DNA of 64,000 nucleotides from Rhizophagus irregularis (Eukaryota): NCBI RefSeq assembly GCF_026210795.1, contig NC_089432.1, positions 1,550,001 to 1,614,000 of the forward strand, read 5' to 3'. Shown piece by piece: positions 40,871 to 51,772 of this stretch (position 1 is its first letter; each line of letters starts with the position of its first letter). The notes under the pieces were generated by a model. It saw only the letters and a program-made list of their open reading frames with translations, ran no database searches and was not told where the DNA came from. The position numbers and the translations under genes were made by a program.

Positions 40871-41706
40871 TGAGAGTGATAGTTGACTTGGCGCTTCTAT
40901 AGGAATATTTGTCTCAGATAAAAATAATGTTACGTTCCAAAGTGAGAAATGTTCCACAATTATATTTTTATCCAACTTGGCAATAACTTCATCATACTGA
41001 TCGGATTTAAGTTCCTCCACATCACATGACTCCAATCGTGAAGAATCTTCACGGTTTTCAAGATTACATGCTAATTTGGATGCATTAACTTGCAGTTGCT
41101 TTGATAAGACGCAAGATGCTGATCTTATGTTCTCAGAACTGGCCACATAAGATTGTGATAATTCTTGCTCGTCTTGCTCAGAAATTTTAGTCACATTCTG
41201 AGAAATTACGAGTGCCTCTTGATCTCTCTGCTTCTTTTCCCGCCTCCTCTCTCTAATCTCATTGCTAATGCTTTTCTTATACGCCTCATCCAAGAAATCG
41301 ACCATTTTCTCATCGTTACCATCAAGGTCACTAGGTACTCGTCCTACTTCATTACTGAGTTGGTCTATCACAGAATCGGGTACATCAACAGTTGGTACCA
41401 TCACCACTGGTATCGCTTCTTCACCGTTTTGTGTCTGACCAAATGACAACGCCATCCCATCCACTGCTGAACTCTGTTCTAATAATGCAAGTCTAGCCTC
41501 AAGCTCTCCGACTCTAGACTTGAGTTCAGCATTCTCAGAATCACGCCTTGCATTCTCTTCAATAATTTGCCTCAGCTTCGCGTTCTCAGCCTCAACCTTA
41601 GTAACTTCTCTCTAAGTTCAGGAATCTCAGCATTCTCTTTCCTAAGTTTGGCGATCTCAGCTAGGAGCTTGGCATTTAATTCTCTCAATGAATCAGTGGA
41701 TTGCAT
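40871..41706 (-). pseudogene. coiled-coil repeat-family protein fragment fused to the Crinkler relic
   Basis: MQSTDSLRELNAKLLAEIAKLRKENAEIPEL... heptad region with frameshifts, continuing into ORF 40499-41464 (DEKMVDFLDEAYKKSISNEIRERRREKK). Confidence 0.55.
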
Positions 41707-44515
41707 GTTCGATAATAATTTTTTATATAAGATGGAATAATTCAAAAGTTCGTTAGCATAGATACGAGGTAATATCCTTATCGGAATTACTGATTTATTG
41801 ATGTAAAAAATAAATTACAAGATTCGTAATACATAAACTTGTTTTACAAAGCGAAATAAAACCTCTATACTAAATGCCTGCCAGTGTTTCGTTCAGCTAT
41901 CTACATACGCTATCTACATACTAACACAATATCCTAACATTAACTCTAATTTTATTTATTCCAACGTCGATATTCTGGATAGAATAAAATGGTCGTCAAT
42001 TATGCATAAAATACGCGAAGTCAGAAATAAATTAGCAATATTAAAACTCACCAAAAGTTTATGTTCTCTGTCTAATAAGGTCCTCGAAAGTTCTGAACAA
42101 AAAATTAGATATTGACTTTGCAAGCTCTGAGTCGCTTCCTTGTAAATGCACATTGCACAGTCATAACCGAAATATTCATATCTTATATTGCGTAGTCTTG
42201 TCCGGAACATTAGTTTCGCCGATCAGGAATTATTTTGATTGGCACTCTCATGTGACATTGTGACATGTGGCTGATTTTTGATTAATAAATTTTTTTCGTA
42301 ATTTTGTATTTGATCCTTGACACATCGCTGACTCAATTCGCAGTCACAGTTCGTAGCAATTAGTCAACAACTTTTTATGGAAACATATATATATATGAAA
42401 TATAATCAAGATGTCAAGCTATTCTTCGCTATCTCGAGTACTTTTGCCGTTCCGGGTACAAACTAAATTTGAGGAAAATTCCCTATCTGCCAGTTCAACA
42501 AAAAGGTCTTTATTTTATACTACTGGACTATTAATTTTTTTGACCTTGTTTTAACTCTCAATTTCCGCGTTTGCAGATATATGGCCGACATTACGTTATA
42601 TTGTTACCTTCTAGATACTCCTATTGATAGTGCCATTCCGGTTGACATTGGCGAAACGACCCGCGTTGAAGGAGTTGATGTCCCTATTAAAAAGTTCTCC
42701 TTTGGACATCTCAAGAAACAAATATGGCCCAACAACAATGAAGCTAATAAACTGAGGCTATGGAAGTTCGAAACCCCTTTCAAAAAAGATAATGAGCAGT
42801 TAATAACACTTAACGAGAATTTTCGTAATGATGCATACCTTGATTACTTGGTGAAGATTTGAGCCCAGGTGAATTGATTAGAACGATTTTTCCGGTTGGT
42901 TATGTATTTCCACCTAATCACATCCATATCGTCGTACAACCGCCCCAGCCCGCCACCACTGGTAAGTGTCTCCCAATGGTTTACCTCTCGAACAAGAAAT
43001 TCGCGTTATCTCATCGAGTTTGATCTAATGTCATTTTTTTTCCGCGTTAAAGCAGGTGTTTCGCGAGGCATTACACAAGGTACAGCATCTTTTTTCGTAA
43101 CCCGTTAAATGATTTGCTTGTTAATAATATTCATTTTTTTACCATCAGTGATACCGCCCGAACCTGATGTTATTTTCAAAAAATTTCTTGAAAGTAAACA
43201 CGGCCAGTTCCTCGAAACATACATAAGAAATAATGATGCATTGCCATCATACAGCCCACCAATAGATCTTAAAACAACTGTACCTGCTTCCTCTAAAGGT
43301 GATCGTCCTTCATTATTACTCCACAATCTCTCTGGAGATAATAGCATAACAATTAATCCAATTACTCAAGTTACAACTATTCAGACTGCAATGAGAAAAG
43401 CAAAGAACAACCTGCTAGTTCTGTTGGGTACATCTGGATGCGGAAAGACACGAACATGCTACGAGTTGCTTTGTGAAAACTGGGGATTATATTTTGTAGG
43501 TGCACGCAAGGGAAATGGAGGTTCGGGTGATATTGAGGAAATTGAAAATTACCTTTGGAAAAATAGTAAAATAACAGAAAATTTTGAAGATAATCGCCGA
43601 CATGCAGATCATGTTGTTCGTTGTTTAGTTCTTTCTCGATTGCTTATATTAGATGAGTGTATCAAATCATCATCAACATTTAATCCACAACGCTGGCTCC
43701 TGTTACAGACCTGTCAGAAAATATTCGGATCCCTTTATAATTATGCTGATTATTTATTTAAAGTACTTACATTTATGCTCACCGATTGTACACAAGTCTC
43801 CTTAGAAATCATTGATACCATATACGATAAAATAAGTGGATCTAGTATCTTTCCCATAATTTTTGATGAAACACAGTCACTCCAAATGGTACTTAATGGA
43901 AAGTTTCGATCACGATATGATCCTAATGAGAAACGCTCACTCATTTCTCCAGTTATTCAAACATTTAAGAGACCAACACCGTTATTTTCTGGTCATTGTG
44001 CCGTTGCATGTGGTACTGGACTGGGTCTTCTTTCACTTGGGGAAACTCTTGGAAGTTTAGGAATTGCGAAGCCAGACCTTGACATAGATAAATTCACAGG
44101 CTTTGGAAGGTGGCGGGACATTGCACATGTAAAGGAATACGTTAGTCGTCAAATAGTACTAACAGATAACGAATATGATCGAATTTATAAACTCTTCCGC
44201 GGCCGATTTCGCCCGATTATCACAATTGTGGAAGATGTTATAATGGGTTTATCGATTAATGATGCTATCGATGGACTTTGGGAAACACTAACACATAGTA
44301 AAAACGGCGAGCAATCATTATATAAAAAATTGCACGGCATTATTGAGAGGTCACGACCTAATCATTTGCTATCAAATAATGTTCTTGATTTATATAAGAG
44401 TTTAACGCTCTCCTATTATTATTCTGGATCACCATATTTGTGTACTGATGAAAGTCAATTTAAAATAATTGAGTCGCAACAAAGCAGGATGGTACCACCA
44501 ATTCGTAATGTAACC

Positions 44516-44689
44516 GTACATAGAGAATTAACGCCCATTACACGCACAGCCAAACCGTATAGGAGCAATGTACATAGGGAATTAACGCCCATTACACGCA
44601 CAGCCAAACCGTATAGGAGCAATGTACATAGGGAATTAACGCCCATTACACGCACCACCGAACCGTATAGGAGCAATATACATAGGGAA
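44516..44689 (+). repeat. 54-bp tandem repeat, ~3.2 copies
   Basis: GTACATAGRGAATTAACGCCCATTACACGCACAGCCAAACCGTATAGGAGCAAT (VHRELTPITRTAKPYRSN). Confidence 0.95.
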
Positions 44690-44988
44690 GCGGTTTTGGA
44701 TGTTTCCGGTCGGTAAAGCCACAGACTGCTTCTGAATTGCAACACATATGTAATGATGAAGACATGTTAAGAATTATAAGTGTGAATAAAGAAGCATTAA
44801 AACCTGCAGTTCCGGGAAAGGAGATTTTAGTTGCTTACATTGACGAACCATTTGCTCTCACTGCATCTTACAACTTTTTTAAAGACAACGATAGTCTACC
44901 AAAAGAGATTCTCAATACAATGACTAAAGTTAACAGTGCGAGTTCATGGGGATTTCTGTGGCAAACATACCTACCTGGGGAATTTGAA

Positions 44989-45013
44989 GGTTAGGGTTAG
45001 GGTTAGGGTTAGG
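44989..45013 (+). repeat. interstitial telomere-type repeat (TTAGGG)~4
   Basis: GGTTAGGGTTAGGGTTAGGGTTAGG. Confidence 0.9.
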
Positions 45014-46734
45014 CCAAGGTTGAGTATTATTGAATTTTATTCTTAACGAATGTTCGATGGGCAGAAAAATATAAGAGATATGCCGATATTTTCTGAAATT
45101 GTTGATTTACCTAAGTTCTGCAAAGGATCACCGAAGGTTGTCAAACCTTCTGATGTCAATGTACCACAAGTAGTAAACGCAACGACGGGTTATACTCTAG
45201 ACAAATATTTTAATGTATCACCTGATCTACGTCCAGCTTTTTATTTCCCAGACGATCATTGTGGTCCGGACATTATTTTTTTCGTTGAATTTGAGGAGGT
45301 TACAGTTCCTGTTTTCATTCAGGTCAAGCTTCGTTATTCTGTTAAAACAATTGCGGGGGCTCTCAGTTCGATTGACCCAAGAATGTTTTACAGGGATAAA
45401 AATGGCGAAATTTTTCAAAAAGAAACAAATAAACCCATTGTTGATAAGGTAATACAACAATGCGAGAAAGGCTCTATTGCCTTATTGGTTGCCTATCCAG
45501 CCGATGTGCGCCAAGAATCGTTTGTAACAAACAATTATCCATATGGTCTAAGGGGTCGATTAAACCAGCAACAACTTATCGGCATTATTGATCACAAAAA
45601 CGCATCGACTGTCTTTCAGGGAGATCATCTGTTGTTTCTAGATACGCTTAAAAACACCATAAAAAAAGAGGTAAAGAAAGTAAAAGAAAAAGTGGAGGAA
45701 ATCGGAGAAAATAGTGGACTAAGAAAAAAACGAAAGCATTAGATTAACATTAAGTATGAAAAATACAATTTCGTCCTACAACTGATGACTTCGGAAATCG
45801 AAACAGGATAAATACATATCTTTTCCTTAAACTATCATAGTGTTTTGCACGCCTGCAACGTTTTTCTTTAAGAATGCGTAATCTATATTACAAGTCTTTA
45901 CTCGTATATTAGTTGTAGTCATATTAATTTTGCATATATTATATTTTCGTGCCTTTATTATAAACATGGAATTTTATTATTTATACAATTTGTTAGTTTA
46001 TTTTTTTAAGTGGTGATTCGTCTAAGAACCGGAGAAAATTTATGAGCTTTTGGGGAAGGGAATGTAGTAAATAAATTACATGATTCAGAGAGTAACGCCT
46101 GTCAGCAAATTTGCCAGGAACAAAGTTTTATTAATATATGTGAAAAGTAAATACAAAGATGGGATTTTGCCCGCGATTTCTATGCTACCTAAGAACCTAT
46201 GTTAAATATATATTTTTCACTGACTTCAAAGATTTATTTCTCAGCTTTTCCACATCATAGGTGCAACCGTGAAGAATCTTCACGATCAAAAATCACGTGA
46301 GTATTCAGGTCACTAATATCTACCCGCCAGAAAATTTTTCACCCCACGTGACTTTGGCCGGCATTATGAGATTTGGCTGGAATTAAGAAATTAACCATGT
46401 GTCGAATAACGTGTGACGAATAGGATTTTAGACACCGAAAAAAATCCAAGTCCCCAGAATACTTATAAAAAATGAGAAAGTGGAGGGATATGACACGAAA
46501 AAATTTTCTGGCGATACTAATAAACGCATCCACCTGACCATATGACATTTCGTCACGTGTTGTACGTAAAAAATTTTTATTAATAAGTTCGGTAACGAAT
46601 AAAAAATCACGTGCGCGTGAACAATTGTTCACGCCGATCACTTTTGCCAAGAAAAATTTTTTATTAATACATGCGAAAAATAAATACAAAGTTTCGGGAC
46701 GTAGCCCGTGATACATGACGTCTATGCTAGTGTC

Positions 46735-47988
46735 CTATACAATTATTTTTTCTTGATTATCTCTTCTACACGGCGCTTCTTATTTGCAGGTTCTTCACTA
46801 GCTGATACCCTATCTTTTAACAAACCCACTATAACCCCTAAAATCCTCTTCACATTCTTGCGCAAGTCGGTTGAGTCCTTGAGTGCGTTTTCAGTCAGAG
46901 AGAGTCTTGCTCGTACAATAGATAGCCTCGGTGCTATGTAGAATGAAATACCAGTCCGTGGCTAAGAAATTGTGAGAGTTAGTGATGCAAAAGCGAAACA
47001 GAAACCTTCACTAGAGTCATTTTCTCACCTGTTGTGACGATACCATAGACATATTCATACTCCTCGAATGCTTCAACAGCCGTACGCTTTTTCTTGAGCG
47101 TATCTAAGTTCATCTATGTTTACAGATGAGGATTTGTTAGTATTTTCTGATAGAAGGATAGTCGAATGGAGGCTAGACATAAAAAAGGTATTGCTTACTT
47201 CGCACGAACTTCGACATTGCATAAGGTTCTGAGCCACTCCTTTCCCTGGCTGGTTTTGCTTTCCTTCGGTTATGCATATTATTTCTTCGAGCAAATCATC
47301 CAGTATTTTCTTGATCGCATAATCTACACGGCCGGAACTTTCTTCACCAGATACATTCATCTGAGGCAAGATTACCAATCCTCCGAGGATGCTGACAGCA
47401 GTATGAAGGATTGTAGAAATGTATTCGCAACGCATAGCCTCATTACTATCTACGACTGGCCCCATGTTTTTTATCCTACGAAGAATGTCATCAATGCAGA
47501 GCTTAAACTCTGGAGATTTTTCATCGATTGGGTGGGGGACTATAAATTCAGAATACGTGAGTTGCTATTCGTAACGAAAAAGGTTGGCATGTGCATAACT
47601 TACCTGGTGTGAACTGGGGGATGCTCGTTATACTACTACTCTTAATGCCGTATTTTTCTCCAAACTGCGGTATGAGGAAAACGCACGCTTCTTTTTCTCC
47701 TTACACTCCTTGGCGAAGTCCGCAAGATTTTTTGCAGGTCCAAATCCCAAACCTAAACCCTGGAACTCTTCCTTACTCGTCTTGAGGAAGGCACGGCCAT
47801 TAACTTTTTCTTTGCGAATTATTTCTAAGTCATCGTCGTCAAGACCTAAGTCCTTTTCCCCACGCAAGAAATCTATAAGCTTGGCTGTGTCATATTTTTT
47901 TAATTTCGTCCGCCAACGAGACCGTCTCATTTCCAGCAACAGTAGTGGAGGTGGAAGCTGGAGTATAAGGTGTACTAGTTTCAGACAT
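46735..47988 (-). pseudogene. SAM-like header + REase-like (Crinkler-related) gene, frameshifted
   Basis: MSETSTPY...; LIDFLRGEKDLGLDDDDLEIIRKEKVNGRAFL...GLGFGPA (SAM-like); NEAMRCEYIS...SGRVDYAIK...ITEGKQ...GVAQNLMQ...YGIVTT; +1 slip in an A7 run near 47895 and a further frameshift near 47660. Confidence 0.75.
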
Positions 47989-48250
47989 AGCGTTACGTTT
48001 TTATAGTGATAATAGGCTCGGACAAAAAAATAGTGTTACGTTCGGAGTGAGATAAAATTTGGGAAAGGGAATACTGGGTATTAATATAGGTTTTTATGTA
48101 GCACAGCATTGCATCATTACACATGACCCATTTCTCATGTACAGTACATTCGATAAAAATAATAATACTTTATTTATGAAATAAATCATTGCCGAACCCG
48201 GCCTACAATACATAAAATTTGTGACTATAGCGCTACATGATATAAGACAA

Positions 48251-48559
48251 TTATTCTGAGCCTAAGAGGGGCTGAGCGACGACATGGAAATAGTCTGCTC
48301 GGGGTTCTTCATTAAAAAAATTGGAAATCAAATCCTGCGGTTGCATAGGCGCCTCACTGGGGTAAACTTGACGAATTTTTAGGCGAATATTATTAAATGG
48401 TGCCCCTAATCTGCTTTGAATTGTAGCTTCAAGTACGCCGACTGCTTGGCTCCTGCCAACTGTAACTACTTGCACGACTTGATCGCGTGGAAGAGCATGA
48501 AGTTGGCCACAAGGAACAATAAGACAATGAAGAAATATATTATCTTCGCCGGAAGACAT
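48251..48559 (-). CDS. stand-alone Crinkler-type ubiquitin-like domain protein (102 aa)
   Basis: Intact ORF with IFLHCLIV...LKIRQV...DLISNFF...YFHVVAQP, matching the CRN header pattern of neighbouring genes; no C-terminal toxin domain. Confidence 0.7.
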   Translation of the reverse strand: MSSGEDNIFLHCLIVPCGQLHALPRDQVVQVVTVGRSQAVGVLEATIQSRLGAPFNNIRLKIRQVYPSEAPMQPQDLISNFFNEEPRADYFHVVAQPLLGSE

Positions 48560-49582
48560 CTTGATTCCTATTTACAAAGCCCATAGTGAGAAAAGACTCG
48601 CTCTTGCACTATACATACATACACAACTTCTAGCATATACATACCTTAAATTTTTGCGGGAAAGTTGGCTGAACTTCCACATATCCCTACATGCTTTATA
48701 TCTTGCTGAGAAAAGATAGGGAGATAAAAATAGTGATTAGTATTGTTGTATGATGCCAAGAGTCCCTTGAAAGCACATGCAAATGGAATCTTCATACCTT
48801 TTCACATGGGGATCTACCGGAGAGACGCAAAGGTAGTTAGTTCTTGTAGATCTCGAAATTCCAAAGTCCTCAGCCTTTCATAACATATGTTTTTGCCGTC
48901 AGTATTTACTTTTAGAGTTGGTCCTGTGTTGCAACTAGACCTCCTTTCACATTTTCTCACATTTGTTCGGGAAAAAAATATAGGTACTGGTTAGTATTTT
49001 TTCTTTTTCGAATATATATGCAAAAATTAATATGTCGCACAAGACCTGACTGATGATCCACTTATTTTTCTGTCGCACAGGAGCGGCCCAGCAAATTCTT
49101 CCGAGCTGATGATCACCGCTCCGGACTAGTTGGATCGAACTCCCAGATATTCACTCAGCTCGGGATAATCGAACACGCCTACAATCCTATCCTGTCTTTT
49201 ATTCTTGACAGTGATAAAGCTGGTTGCCCTATCATATGTGTGCTCATATTTGGCTGGATTGCATAGGGGCAAATATTGTGTGGGATTAGTAGTAAACTTA
49301 CCCATTGTCTTGCGCCTGTTATTTCTTGATTTTTTAGCCATGCATGATAATTTATCCAATTCAATTAATCTATTCTTTTTCCGAACGAATATGAAAAATA
49401 AGGGACATTTTGTCTATATTACTTAACATTTTTTTCAAAATCTTCCAAGCTGAAGATTACCACTCAGGGTTGATGATTATTGTAGGATCGGACTAAAAAA
49501 ATCCTGCCTCATTTTGGCAGGATCTCGAATAATATATTAATCACATAATTTTAGAAACCAGCTAACATTGAATCAATTTCTG

Positions 49583-50794
49583 CTATCTTTTAGGCTGAGG
49601 TACCAGGCTTGGTGTATTTTCAGAATCAGATATGGGCTCCTTCGATTCTGGATCACCTAAAGCGTAATTTTTCCCCGCATCAAGACGGTTAATTTTATGT
49701 CTTAATGCGATTTCTGAAAGATTGTTGAGATGTTGAGGGGTTGGATTTGGACCGGCATGAACCATCGAGGCGTGTTTAGCTCCTATTTTTCTTAGAAGCT
49801 CAGGGGTAATCTCATCTTTGTCCTGATTAGTTTTTAAACTCTTTATGAATTTGGCAAATGGCACATTATTACACTTTCCAGTTTCAGTATAAACTGGATC
49901 ATGCAACTTCCCAGCCTTAATAGCGTCTTGAATCCAGGTAAGTAATTCCCTAGCACGTTCTGGATCCTTTTCCATAAAGAGTAAGCGCATAGGCATCAGT
50001 TTATCTCTCTGTTTGCGACATCTAGTGCAATACCAAGAATAACCAGCTTTATACCACGCTGGTAGATCTTCGGAATCTGGTTTGTAATTAATAATCTGGA
50101 GAGATGATACTTCAGCAGGCCTCATGCTCAGCATCACTATCACATTTGCGAGATCCTGCATAGAGGGAATTTTAGAAGTATCGATATTCTGGAGTCTCCT
50201 AAGTACTTTTTCAAAGGTAAAATATTCTGGGATTCTACCTTGATTAGCCAAGCGCTTCTCAATCCGCTCTTGCTGGATTTTGTTGGAAGCTGTCAGTAGT
50301 AGTCTTTGAATCTTTGGCATAGCAATCAATAAATTCACGATCGGCCCCGTACTCTGCTAAATACTTACGAAATCGTGATTGGTTTGAGCTAGAAGCAACC
50401 ATTTCCTTATCATCAATTACTCCATCCTTATTTCCTTTTAGTCCCAAAGATAAAGTATTAATGAAAATATCCCACTTATCTTCACGCTTTTAGCGACTTC
50501 TTGGACCCTTTTCCTGACAGAATATATCTTATTTCTCTGATCTGGCACGAGAGCCCCTATCTGCTCTTTGCTAAATGCACTTCTTTTTTCAGTACCTCTC
50601 GCAAGGGTTTTCTTAACGTACTTACGGGCCTTCCAATCAGGAAGTAAAGCATCCAGTTCGGGAGCATATTTGCTTAATTGTTCTAGGGTGAAGTCGGCTG
50701 TCAAATTATGCTTTTCTAGGAACTGCTTTAAAACCAATACAAAGTTATTAGCTTTAGGTTTTCAGATCTTTGGGGTAGCCATTTTGGTAGCCAT
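49583..50794 (-). pseudogene. tyrosine recombinase, telomere-resolvase-like, decayed
   Basis: ATG at 50794, early TGA, then three ORFs in shifting frames (50438-50737, 50259-50447, 49583-50338); ordered motifs MLSMRPAEV (R), CRKQR (K), LLRKIGA (R), ALRH (H), KNY (Y). Confidence 0.7.
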
Positions 50795-51772
50795 GTCAAT
50801 AATAAGTAGATTAGTAGAATTTTTTTGGTATATGTACATTAAGAAAATCAAATCTTTAAAATAAAAAATAATTCACATTGTTACCAAAGGTAACCATGTG
50901 CCATATTTTTGAATATTTATCAGATCTATAATAAAAAATGAAGGGAAGTTTGACGTATATTAATCTTAATAATTTTTCCAAAAAGAAGTACTATGATCCT
51001 TGGTGGAAATACAGCTAATTCATAGGACTCCAAGAAGATCCCTTCTAATTTACCATCTTGGTTTGCCAATATATTAAAAAAGATGGGTCTATCTGCAGGA
51101 AAGATACTTGCGTGAGGCCGGGTGTGTCAGACACTATAAGTCTTCACCAAAAAAAATGTGCGCATTCTGTCATAGCCTGACCTATTCTAAGACTGACTTT
51201 TATACAATGCATGCCAGACCTGTTTATAAGAAAACTGGCTAGAAAGGCATGAAAAAAAATAAAGATGATTTAGCGCTTATTAATTGATTGTAACTATATC
51301 AAAAAGTTCTTGAATCGATTCTGGAAAAATAATATCATTATCTGTTTTTAGCCTATATCACAGGTCAAATGATGGTATATCTGTGAAGAATCATAAACCC
51401 GATTCTTCACTGATTCTTTATAGATTGTACTACTATAATAATCTGATGATCATTTCCAATTTTTTGCCTATTAATGTTTAGATTCTGGACAACATCGGTA
51501 AACTATTCTTTATAAATATCATTTTTAATTAGTGAAGAATCAGTTTACCAATCGGGTAAATATTATATAAATATCAAACCCGATAGTATCCTCTTTTATA
51601 CATGATTTTCATTCAATATTTACAGTATTATTTATTTCAATTTACCAATATTAATACCAAAAATTGTTAATATAAAATATTATTATTATTTATTATATAC
51701 AAGCCATTATAACAAGCAATATTAAGCTATACAAACAATAATATAATACAATACTATTCTTGTCCCATCTAT

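Larger units (their letters stand above)
42581..45742 (+). pseudogene. Crinkler-type Ubl + P-loop NTPase + REase-like effector, disrupted
   Basis: ITLYCYL...LRLWKF...HIHIVVQPP header (frameshift near 42840); Walker A LLGTSGCGKT, Walker B IIFDETQ, RGRFR motif; C-terminal FPDDHCGPDIIF...FIQVK; two insertions at ~44475-44690 and 44989-45046. Confidence 0.85.

Noticed and set aside
44516..44689. Possible CRISPR or spacer array
   Set aside because: Head-to-tail 54-bp tandem units with no unique spacers
44989..45013. True chromosome end
   Set aside because: Only about four repeats, and the interrupted gene continues on the other side
49126..49426. Small overlapping ORFs between the recombinase and the Ubl gene
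   Set aside because: May be decayed cargo genes, but no motif or consistent frame supports a call
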